Part shown: one piece after another, positions 40,812 through 49,426 of the stretch
Position numbering within the stretch: position 1 is the first letter of the stretch
Layout of the letters: every line of letters starts with the position of its first letter
Assembly: GCA_051532055.1 (NCBI GenBank)
Contig: JAOPTX010000017.1
Location: 4,628-68,627 of the forward strand
Length of the DNA stretch: 64,000 nucleotides
Direction of reading: 5' to 3'
Source: Fibrobacterales bacterium
GTDB lineage: Bacteria > Fibrobacterota > Fibrobacteria > Fibrobacterales > JAOPTW01
The notes under the pieces: generated by a model
Database searches by the model: none
The model's input: the letters and a program-made list of their open reading frames with translations, nothing else
What the model was told of the DNA's origin: nothing
Program-made: the position numbers and the translations under genes

Positions 40812-42052
40812 TAGTTGAACCACCCCTTCATAACACTACAGATTTTAAGGAGTTCTTCGTCAGTGATAATATAGGCAGGGCAGGTATAGAGATAGTTCTC
40901 AAAGGGTCTGAGCCATACACCCCGTTCTTGTGCAAAATCTTGCACTCCCTTGAGTGCTGCGGGGTCGATAACCTCAATGCAAGCCATAGCACCTTTTATG
41001 CGGATATCGACAATGGAATCGTGAACAAGAGTGCTCAGAGATCGTTGCAAGAATGACTCAATTGCATGAATCCGATCGAGGTAATTGTCTTTTTTAAAAA
41101 CCTCAATACCTTTCAGGGCAATTGCACATGCTGTCGGGTTCCCCATATAGGTTGGTCCATGCATAAAGGCATTTGAAGGATTCCCATAAAATGTTTCATA
41201 GATTTCAGTCGTAGCTAGGGTCGCTGAAAGAGTCAGGTATCCAGCGCTGAGTCCTTTGCCTAATATCATAATATCGGGGGTAACTGAAACCTGATCAGCG
41301 GCAAAGAGGGTACCCGTTCTTCCAAAACCTGTTGCAACTTCGTCATATATCATGAGTACATTGTGTTTATGACAGAGTTTTTGAGCAGCAGCTAAATAGT
41401 CTGCACCATGGAGTCTAAAACCGCCAGCTCCTTGCATAAGGGGCTCAACAATCATAGCGGCTATAGAGTCGGCACTTTCAGTAAGGATATATTCCAGCTC
41501 TTCGAGAGCGGCATTTATTGGTGCCTCAGATGTTTCTGGTGGTGATACAAAAAATTGTTTTGGGAGAAACCCTTGGAATTTTGCGTGCATGCTGTCATCA
41601 TCATCCGCTATAGACATGACGGCACAGGTGTCTCCGTGATAAGAATTTTTTAAGGCAATAAAATGATTTTTAGTCTGAATACCTTTGTTTTTGTGGTATT
41701 GTACTGCCATTTTAAGAGCGATTTCAACCCCAACAGATCCACTGTCTCCAAAAAAGACGTGATTCAACCCATCGGGGGTTATAGAGACTAAAGTGTCTGC
41801 CAGGTCATTGGCTGGGGCATGTGTGAGTCCTCCGAGCATGACATGGGGTAGAGTATCCAGTTGTTCTTTTGCAGCAGTGGTAATTTCAGGATGATTATAA
41901 CCATGAATGACACACCACCACGAAGAGATAGCATCGATAAGTATTGTGTTATCTTCTAAGGTGAGCTTAACTCCTTGAGCTGATTTAATAGCAAGGGGTT
42001 CTGCCATTGTTTCCATTTGTGCATAAGGGAACCATAAGTGTGGACTACGCAT
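40811..42052 (-). CDS. bioA: Adenosylmethionine-8-amino-7-oxononanoate aminotransferase
   Basis: LWFPYAQM, SSWWCVIHGYNHP, DSGSVGVEIALK, YHGDT, DEVATGFGRTG, HGPTYMGNP. Confidence 0.97.
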   Translation of the reverse strand: MRSPHLWFPYAQMETMAEPLAIKSAQGVKLTLEDNTILIDAISSWWCVIHGYNHPEITTAAKEQLDTLPHVMLGGLTHAPANDLADTLVSITPDGLNHVFFGDSGSVGVEIALKMAVQYHKNKGIQTKNHFIALKNSYHGDTCAVMSIADDDDSMHAKFQGFLPKQFFVSPPETSEAPINAALEELEYILTESADSIAAMIVEPLMQGAGGFRLHGADYLAAAQKLCHKHNVLMIYDEVATGFGRTGTLFAADQVSVTPDIMILGKGLSAGYLTLSATLATTEIYETFYGNPSNAFMHGPTYMGNPTACAIALKGIEVFKKDNYLDRIHAIESFLQRSLSTLVHDSIVDIRIKGAMACIEVIDPAALKGVQDFAQERGVWLRPFENYLYTCPAYIITDEELLKICSVMKGWFN

Positions 42053-42911
42053 CACTCTCCTCCAATTCGCCGGCCATGTATGATGATCGTACAAGGGGGC
42101 CTGACATACATTTTTTTATTCCTTTACTTTTTGCATAGGTAGCATATTCATCAAATTCATCGGGATGAACATAGCGGTCAACTTCTATAAATTCTCTTGC
42201 GGGCCGTAAGTATTGTCCTATAGTGAGAATGTCGATAGAGTGCTCAGCCACTTCATCGATATAGTCAAATACTTCACTCTTAGTTTCACCTAAGCCAACC
42301 ATAAGACCTGTTTTTGTAGTAAATCCACGTTCTTTCGCATAATCGAGCACTGCAAATGAGTCCTGCCAGTTTGCTTTTTTACGAATTGTTTTCTGCAGGC
42401 GGTGTACTGTTTCGAGGTTGTGGTTAAATACATCGGGGGTAGACTCTAGTACTATATCCAGTAATTCAAGTTTCCCGTTGAAATCAGGAGTGAGCACTTC
42501 TATTTTAATATCTGGATTAAGTTCTCTTGTTTTTAAGATAGTTTGTGCCCAGATTTCGGCCCCTTTATCAGTAAGGTCATCACGAGTCACTGAGGTGAGG
42601 GTGACATACTTGAGTTTCATTGATTTTGCAGAGCGTGCAATTTTAATTGGCTCATTGGTATCTACAGGTCCTGGCTTTCCTGACTCTACATTGCAGAAAC
42701 TACAGTGTCGGGTACAAATACCACCGAGAATCATAAAAGTGGCAACACCTTTTGACCAGCATTCGCCTAAATTTGGGCAACGGGCCTCTTTACAGACCGT
42801 ATGAAGATTATTGTCATCAACCAATTTCCGGATTTCAGTATACTCTTTGCCACCGCCAATGGTTGCTTTAAGCCAGTGTGGCTTCTGTATGCGTTTTTCT
42901 TGTATTTTCAT
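42045..42911 (-). CDS. lipA: Lipoyl synthase
   Basis: CKEARCPNLGEC, CTRHCSFC, VRSSY. Confidence 0.98.
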   Translation of the reverse strand: MKIQEKRIQKPHWLKATIGGGKEYTEIRKLVDDNNLHTVCKEARCPNLGECWSKGVATFMILGGICTRHCSFCNVESGKPGPVDTNEPIKIARSAKSMKLKYVTLTSVTRDDLTDKGAEIWAQTILKTRELNPDIKIEVLTPDFNGKLELLDIVLESTPDVFNHNLETVHRLQKTIRKKANWQDSFAVLDYAKERGFTTKTGLMVGLGETKSEVFDYIDEVAEHSIDILTIGQYLRPAREFIEVDRYVHPDEFDEYATYAKSKGIKKCMSGPLVRSSYMAGELEESDA

Positions 42912-43096
42912 ATAGAGTCAAAGATACCTAAAATTAATTAGTGATCACCTGATTTGAGTAAAAAAGGGAGGTATGGGGTTAACTGCTTCAAAGTTGTCAG
43001 TTTTGAGAGCGCTTTCTTATAAAATAAGGTGAAATTAGTCTCCTTGTACAGAAAAACTCCTATTTTAGAGTGAAATACTTCATTGTAAGGTAAACG

Positions 43097-44371
43097 ATGT
43101 ATATGGTTTTTGATATTAAAAAGACAGTCCGCTTTTTTATGCTCTTAACACTTGTTTTAGGCTTTATTCAGTGTCAATTAGTAGAAAATGCTGAAGAACA
43201 GGCGATAGTGAGTTCTTCAGAGAGTATTAAAAATAGTGAGTCGAGCCAAGGTTCAGATAGACAAGATGCTGTCAATGAAGAAGCAGAAGATGCTACTGAC
43301 GAATCACAGGAGGCTGGCTCAGCAACAAATGATGATGTTGCTACTGATACCGGCGAGGCCGATTCTGAAGAGACAGCAACTAATGATAAGAATGAGACAG
43401 AAGACGGGGCAGGCTTGGATTCTTCTCAGGGAAGTGGCCCAGACAGTGGTGATGCCGATCAAACGACGGATAATAGTGGTGAAGAAGATGCTACTCATTC
43501 TGATAGCGACTCTAGTGAGGGTGACTCAGGTCAAGATACTACAGGGTCATCTGAAGGAAATGGATCCACAATATTTCAGGAATCATGCCCTGCTCAGGAT
43601 GCTGAAGGTGTTGGAGAGTGCAAAATGTATTTAGGGACTATTTGGAATGGTAGCGAGTGTGTCACTTTGGGCGGGTGTAGCTGCGAAGGTGATGACTGTG
43701 ATGAGTTGTTTAAGTCTGAGGATGCATGTAAAGAAAAAATGGAATCGTGCACAGTTACATCTATAGAGCCAGAGAAATGTAAAGCACAGGACGCTCAAGA
43801 CGGCCCCAATGCAGCAAATGTTAAGTGTCTTTCTCGATCGTTTTCATGGAATGGCAAAGAGTGTGTTTCTATCTCATGTGACTGTAAAGGTGATGAGTGT
43901 GATGAAATATTTGGTTCAGAAGATGCGTGTAATAAAGAATATAAGACATGTATAGAACCAAGTGAAGGATGTACTTCTCCAGATGGAACTCTTGTAAAAA
44001 TTGGTGATAGTTTTAATGATGGGTGTAATAATCATACCTGTGGTGAAAGCGGCCTCATGATGAGTACAAAACGTGCATGTGTTGATAAATGCGAATACAA
44101 CGGCATGTATTATGATTTTAAAGAGACTTTCAAAAGCAGTGATGGCTGTAATAGTTGCTTTTGTAGTGATGGAGGTGTTGGATGTACTGAGATGGCATGT
44201 GTAGAAGACCCGATTTTACTTCCTGTAGAAGAAAAGAATTCAAATGACCAACGTATCTGTCCAACAATATGGGAACCCGTTTGTGGGGCTGATGGCAAGA
44301 CCTATTCAAATAAATGTTCTGCAGGAACGGTGAGTATCACAACAAATGGTGAATGTCTTAAAAATAAATGA
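43097..44371 (+). CDS. Secreted or lipoprotein Cys-rich multi-module protease-inhibitor-like protein
   Basis: Hydrophobic N-terminus ending FIQC; acidic low-complexity linker; 2 Kunitz-like, 2 pacifastin/VWC-like and 1 Kazal-like (PVCGADGKTYSNKC) modules. Confidence 0.75.
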   Translation: MYMVFDIKKTVRFFMLLTLVLGFIQCQLVENAEEQAIVSSSESIKNSESSQGSDRQDAVNEEAEDATDESQEAGSATNDDVATDTGEADSEETATNDKNETEDGAGLDSSQGSGPDSGDADQTTDNSGEEDATHSDSDSSEGDSGQDTTGSSEGNGSTIFQESCPAQDAEGVGECKMYLGTIWNGSECVTLGGCSCEGDDCDELFKSEDACKEKMESCTVTSIEPEKCKAQDAQDGPNAANVKCLSRSFSWNGKECVSISCDCKGDECDEIFGSEDACNKEYKTCIEPSEGCTSPDGTLVKIGDSFNDGCNNHTCGESGLMMSTKRACVDKCEYNGMYYDFKETFKSSDGCNSCFCSDGGVGCTEMACVEDPILLPVEEKNSNDQRICPTIWEPVCGADGKTYSNKCSAGTVSITTNGECLKNK

Positions 44372-44400
44372 CATGAGTTAAACAATTGTAGCATTGGTAA

Positions 44401-44444
44401 GTAATACAGAAGGGGCCCTCAATTGAGGGCCCCTTCTGTATTAC
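44401..44444. terminator. Perfect 44 bp palindrome, probable bidirectional terminator
   Basis: GTAATACAGAAGGGGCCCTCAA/TTGAGGGCCCCTTCTGTATTAC between convergent genes, followed by GCTTTTT. Confidence 0.8.
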
Positions 44445-44474
44445 GCTTTTTGTCATGTCTTAGGAGTGGTAAAA

Positions 44475-45596
44475 TTACTGCCCGCCCCATTTAAAGAGTT
44501 TTAAGTTTCCGGCAGGCACCGCCCAAATAATCAAAGGGATGTGGATTATAAATGCAGGGAGTGCAAAGATTAGCAAATGGCTACTTTTTAGCTTGCGGGC
44601 ACCAATAATAAGAAAGATTAAATCAAGAACGAGCTTTATTACAAGTGGCCCAAAGGCATACAGAGATGGGAGCAGGCCTGCCCAAAAGAGAAGGGGAGCA
44701 ATAGCAAGGTAGACAATAAAGCTATAGGCCACGAATATGGTGAGTACATAAAAGGTGCTTTCATAGCTGGTTGAATTACTTGCCCAGCGAGCGCGTTGAC
44801 TAAAGAGTCCACTCCATGAGTTAACTGCTCCTGTGAGTACTTGTGCGTCGGGGTCCAAATTATAGCAGACATCTTTTGCCTGTTTACTCATTTTTTGAAC
44901 GAGCATATCATCATCACCAGATATATATTGGTGCTGACCTTCAAAGCCACCAACTCCTTCGTAAAGTTTTCTGAGATACCCCAGTGATGGAGCACTTGCA
45001 ACCATGGGTACTTTTAAGGAGAAAAATGAGGCTTCAATAAGGGTGAGCGCGAGGGTCTCAAGTTTTTGATATAGGTGAACAAGTGACCGCCCTCCTCGTA
45101 TTTTCTTTGGCCCTTGTACAATTTCTATGGAATCATGAAAATTTTGGGACATAGAAGTGAGCCAACCAACAGGAGGTATACAGTCAGCATCAATACTCAT
45201 GAAGAGTTCATGAGAGGCATGGGCAAAACCTGTCTCAAGTGCCCTTTTTTTGGGTGAGGTTACTCGCTCTGCTTCTTGGGCAATTGATAGGACGGAGAAG
45301 TTATTTTGGGTCGTGGAAAACTCAGTAATAAGTTCAAGAGTGTTGTCAGTTGAGCGGTCATCAACACATAATACCTCCCATTTACCGGGATAATTTTGAG
45401 CGGCTAGTGCTTTAAGAGTGATAAGTGCGTGTTTTTCTTCATTGTATAAAGGGACAACGACGCTTATACTGGGGAGGAGAGATGGCTTTTTCCGACGATC
45501 TTTAAGGGTAAGCACACCAAAAATAAAAAAAAGTAGAATTCCTCCGTAAGAAAGTGTTAATATAGTAAGGAGATATCCGAGTGATATAAGTAGCAT
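44475..45596 (-). CDS. Glycosyltransferase family 2, membrane-bound
   Basis: VVVPLYNEE, VDDRSTD, IDADC, SGDDD, QRARW. Confidence 0.93.
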   Translation of the reverse strand: MLLISLGYLLTILTLSYGGILLFFIFGVLTLKDRRKKPSLLPSISVVVPLYNEEKHALITLKALAAQNYPGKWEVLCVDDRSTDNTLELITEFSTTQNNFSVLSIAQEAERVTSPKKRALETGFAHASHELFMSIDADCIPPVGWLTSMSQNFHDSIEIVQGPKKIRGGRSLVHLYQKLETLALTLIEASFFSLKVPMVASAPSLGYLRKLYEGVGGFEGQHQYISGDDDMLVQKMSKQAKDVCYNLDPDAQVLTGAVNSWSGLFSQRARWASNSTSYESTFYVLTIFVAYSFIVYLAIAPLLFWAGLLPSLYAFGPLVIKLVLDLIFLIIGARKLKSSHLLIFALPAFIIHIPLIIWAVPAGNLKLFKWGGQ

Positions 45597-45758
45597 GCCG
45601 TTCGCAAATCATTGAATTGTTGGGGTATAATAGCAAAAATGTGGTTGAAATCACATAGTTGCTCCAACAATGTGATGGAAATCACGTTTCAATTACGGTT
45701 CCTTGTCAGGGTAGGTATTTTTTTTAACATTGCAGAAAGAATAATTGTAGAGGTGCGC

Positions 45759-46595
45759 ATGATTGCAAAATTAATGGGAGTAGTATTGGTAGTGGTTGTT
45801 ACTATATCTGCTCAAATTCAAAGTGTTGATGGTGTCGGAACTGTTGACTGGAATAAACGAGTAGTAACTGCTGTTGGTATTGGCGTCCCAAATCCATCAG
45901 CACCGGCAGTGGCCGCACGCCCAATGGCTATTCGCGCTGCGCGTCAGGTCGCTCTCAGAAATGCACTGGAGCTCATTAAAGGTATTCATATTGATGGTGA
46001 GACCACAATCGAAAACTTCATGGTTAAGAGCGACGTGGTTCAATCACAAGTTGAAGGGTATATTCGGTCATTTAAAATGGGCGCTCCTAAATATATGAGT
46101 GATAAAAGTATCGAAGTATTGGTTGAGGTCCCTCTGTCAGCTGCACTTTTAGAACAAGTACTGCCACAGACTGTTGCTCAGCCTACATCGGTGGCGCCGG
46201 TTCCTGCCCCAGTTGAAGCTATTGAATCGAGCGTTAAGCCTTTGGCGAATGAACAATATACCGGTCTTATAATTGACGCTCGTGGTTTGGGTGTTATGCC
46301 ATCACTCGGGCCTAAGCTTTTTAATGAAAAGGGGACTGAAATTTATGGATCTGCTAATGTTACCCGTTCATTTGCAGTTAAGTGGGGAATGGCTGGGTAT
46401 GCAAAAACTCCAGAACAAGCCAAAAAGATGGTCGATCGTTTGGGTGAAAATCCTGGAATAATTAAAGCAAAAAAAGGTACTGGAGCGAGTCGATGTGATT
46501 TAGTACTCAAAAACAAAGATGCAGAAAGTATTGTTGCGGCAGCTGAATCAATGAAATTCTTGGCTGATTGCCGTGTAGTTATTTTAGTAGACTAA
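45759..46595 (+). CDS. LPP20-like secreted protein
   Basis: GAGGTG RBS and signal peptide; AIRAARQVALRN...IDGETT; C-terminal YTGLIIDARGL domain. Confidence 0.7.
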   Translation: MIAKLMGVVLVVVVTISAQIQSVDGVGTVDWNKRVVTAVGIGVPNPSAPAVAARPMAIRAARQVALRNALELIKGIHIDGETTIENFMVKSDVVQSQVEGYIRSFKMGAPKYMSDKSIEVLVEVPLSAALLEQVLPQTVAQPTSVAPVPAPVEAIESSVKPLANEQYTGLIIDARGLGVMPSLGPKLFNEKGTEIYGSANVTRSFAVKWGMAGYAKTPEQAKKMVDRLGENPGIIKAKKGTGASRCDLVLKNKDAESIVAAAESMKFLADCRVVILVD

Positions 46596-46610
46596 TTAAG
46601 GAAAATAGAT

Positions 46611-47762
46611 ATGAAAAAAGTAGTAATTCTTATTGGACTCTATCTTGCAGTTGTTATTACTGGCTGCTCATCAAATAGAAAAGCAGAAGGTATGATGGAT
46701 GACCCTGATACTCATTTTGAGCAAGGGAAGAAGTATTTTGATAAAGGCTCTTTTGCCAAAGCTCAAGAGGAGTTTAAGCTCGCACAAAGTTTAGATGATG
46801 AGTATGGACCTGCATACGCAGGTCTCGGTATGGTTGCGGCGGCAACAGGGGATTTTGATGCTGCTGAGGACTATATTAGTGATGGCATTAAATACTGTGA
46901 TGATAAACACCCTATTGGATATATTGCAAAGGGGCTTATGATTGAGTATAAATATGCAGGGAGTAATGAGGATGAGTGGTGGGATGATGCCATGGATGCG
47001 TATACAGAAGCGATGGAAATCGCACCGAAAGATGGGGAACCACATTTTCGTGCTGGGCATACCCTTAAATTGGCATTTCAATTCTCACTCGCTGCTGATG
47101 AATTTAGAAAAGTACTTGAGCTCAAAAATGGATATGAAGCTGAGGCAGATACTGAATGGGCGGTAGTGCAAAAAATTCAAAGGGCGGCCCCAGGTTCAAA
47201 AGTGGGTAAGAAAGTTGCCCTTATGGAAGAAATTAGCAGAGCAGATATTGCGGCTCTCTTTATTGTTGAACTCGAGATTGATCGGATTCTCGACAAACGT
47301 AAGGCAAAAGTATACGATACTGGTTTTGTTGCCCCAGTAGACCCACGAAAAATGAAAACAGAGACGGTTACTCGTATGAAAGATATTGTAGATATTGACG
47401 GACACTGGGCTAAGAACTTTATAGAAGACCTACAGAAATTTCAAGTACGCGGCTTAGAACCAACACCAGACCATAAATTTCATCCAGATCAAAAGGTGAC
47501 TCGTTCTGAGTATGCTTTTTTTATTGAGGATATACTGATTGCAATCAGTGGTGACAAAGCCCTCGCAACAAAACATATTGGGACTGCGATATCTCGCTTT
47601 CCTGATGTAAGCACTGGTTCACCTTATTATAATGCGATTTGTAATGCTGTCGATAAAAATATTATTGATGCAGATATCAGTGGAGAATTTCGTGCATTAG
47701 AGAGTGTGAGTGGTCCCGATGCTCTATTAATTATCAGAAAGATTAAGGAATTAAGAAGATGA
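46611..47762 (+). CDS. Lipoprotein with TPR repeats and S-layer homology (SLH) domains
   Basis: Lipobox ITGC; TPR helices; SLH signatures DIDGHWA...FHPDQKVTRSE and FPDV...YYNAI...F. Confidence 0.85.
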   Translation: MKKVVILIGLYLAVVITGCSSNRKAEGMMDDPDTHFEQGKKYFDKGSFAKAQEEFKLAQSLDDEYGPAYAGLGMVAAATGDFDAAEDYISDGIKYCDDKHPIGYIAKGLMIEYKYAGSNEDEWWDDAMDAYTEAMEIAPKDGEPHFRAGHTLKLAFQFSLAADEFRKVLELKNGYEAEADTEWAVVQKIQRAAPGSKVGKKVALMEEISRADIAALFIVELEIDRILDKRKAKVYDTGFVAPVDPRKMKTETVTRMKDIVDIDGHWAKNFIEDLQKFQVRGLEPTPDHKFHPDQKVTRSEYAFFIEDILIAISGDKALATKHIGTAISRFPDVSTGSPYYNAICNAVDKNIIDADISGEFRALESVSGPDALLIIRKIKELRR

Positions 47763-48901
47763 TAGTACGCCTTCTCTGGGTCTTGTTATTAGCACTTGCT
47801 CTTGTATCTGCAGAAACCTTTACGGTAGAAGGTACTGGATGGGGCGTTTCCGAAAATGAAGCAACAATGCAGGCGAAGCGTGATGCACTTGCTATTGGCA
47901 TAGGCCAATTGTTGCTAAGTAAAACAGAAGTTGAAAACTTTATGGTAAAGAGAGATCAGATTATTTCTCAGACTATGGGGCATGTGAAAAGGTATGAGGT
48001 ACTCTCAAAAAAAAGAGCCGCTGATGGCTCTTTTGAAGTTACTATCCGTGCTGACGTCTCAAAAGAAGGTATTTCAGCAGACCTTGCCGCACTTCTCCTT
48101 CTTAAGGAGGCAATCGGTAACCCTCGTATCGCTATGTTGATTGAGGAAAAAACAATTGGCCCAGCAGGTGAATCAGTGAGTTTGACCGAAACACTTCTTA
48201 TAGAGTTTTTTAAAAGTCGGGGATTTGAAGTAGTTGACCCCTCTTATGCCCTTACCTTTCGGGAAAGTGAAAAAGGGGCACAGGCTATGGCCGGTAATTC
48301 AGAAATGGCTGCAGAGCTAGGGGCTCAACTCAATGCTGATGTGATTATTGTAGGAAAGGTTGTTGCAATGGAGTCTGATGTCTCAAACATAAAGGCCTTT
48401 ACACATTCATCAATGAAATCTGCAAGTGCCAATGTGTCATTAAAGGCTATACATGTACAATCTAGGCAGATTGCGGCGGCAAAAAAAGTTGACGCCCCTG
48501 CAATTCATGTAAATACCCATACCGCAGGGAATCGAGCAATAGAAAAGGCTGTCGCAAAATTACTCGATAGTAAAGGAAAGAACACAGAGTCATTTTTTGA
48601 TGCTCTTGTAGAATCGTGGCGCGCTTCAGCTAATGATGGTGCGCTCTTTAGGGTAACTGTTTTAGGGGTCTCTTCTTATACGTTAAGCAAAAAAGTGACC
48701 GAGGCTCTCAGTAGTTCTATAGGGGAGTCCTATACGGCGCGATCCTATACAAAACCTTCCTTAAAAGGTGATCTTACCTTTATTGGAAATTCCAGTGATC
48801 TGTGTGATAAATTAGAAGGTCTACGGGTATCAAAAATGAGGGTGTTGAGTGTTGAAAAATGCGCTCACTCAGAAATTGATCTCAATCTCATAAAAAAGTA
48901 A
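47759..48901 (+). CDS. FlgT_N / CsgG-like periplasmic protein
   Basis: Signal peptide; VEGTG...AKRDAL...KTEVENF...D.I...T.G.V..YEVL; central GFEVVD...ADVIIVG fold. Confidence 0.62.
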   Translation: MIVRLLWVLLLALALVSAETFTVEGTGWGVSENEATMQAKRDALAIGIGQLLLSKTEVENFMVKRDQIISQTMGHVKRYEVLSKKRAADGSFEVTIRADVSKEGISADLAALLLLKEAIGNPRIAMLIEEKTIGPAGESVSLTETLLIEFFKSRGFEVVDPSYALTFRESEKGAQAMAGNSEMAAELGAQLNADVIIVGKVVAMESDVSNIKAFTHSSMKSASANVSLKAIHVQSRQIAAAKKVDAPAIHVNTHTAGNRAIEKAVAKLLDSKGKNTESFFDALVESWRASANDGALFRVTVLGVSSYTLSKKVTEALSSSIGESYTARSYTKPSLKGDLTFIGNSSDLCDKLEGLRVSKMRVLSVEKCAHSEIDLNLIKK

Positions 48902-48982
48902 TCTCTCTTAATACTAAAATTAAGCGCTTTACACAGAAAAGGATATTTGTATATTCTTATAGGTAGATGAGGAGAGAGCGTT

Positions 48983-49330
48983 ATGCCTTCAAAATTAAGC
49001 AAAAGTGAAATAGATGACATTGCTATGCAGAATGCAAATGTTATGAATCAACAGTATGAATCTGTTCATGATGCAAAAAAAAGTAAACGTGGTGGGATGG
49101 CTTATTTGAAAAGTCATAACATTTGCATTCTTCGTAAAGGGGAACGGGATGAGTGGTGGTTTCGATTACCTCGCGAATTTAAATATTCTATTGGTATGCG
49201 ATACGACGAAATTCATGAATGGCTGGTCCAAAATAATAAGCCTTGTTCCGCTGATGTTTTTTATAATCAGTTTCTCAATCCAGATCGCTTCTCTAAGTCT
49301 GAAATTATACGGCTCAATTCAACTGAGTAG
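48983..49330 (+). CDS. Hypothetical protein
   Basis: GAGGAG RBS, 115 aa, no family recognised. Confidence 0.7.
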   Translation: MPSKLSKSEIDDIAMQNANVMNQQYESVHDAKKSKRGGMAYLKSHNICILRKGERDEWWFRLPREFKYSIGMRYDEIHEWLVQNNKPCSADVFYNQFLNPDRFSKSEIIRLNSTE

Positions 49331-49426
49331 AGACAATGTGGCATTATAGCATCTAATAATTATCGACTTGGTAACAATATGAGTATCCAGTACGTCTAAT
49401 AGGAAACAACTCATTAGATAATCACT

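Noticed and set aside
43230-43570. Tandem DNA repeat or CRISPR-like array in low-complexity stretches (also 39010-39170 and 51460-51535)
   Set aside because: Only amino-acid-level Ser/Asp/Glu bias; no regularly spaced identical DNA repeats and no cas genes.
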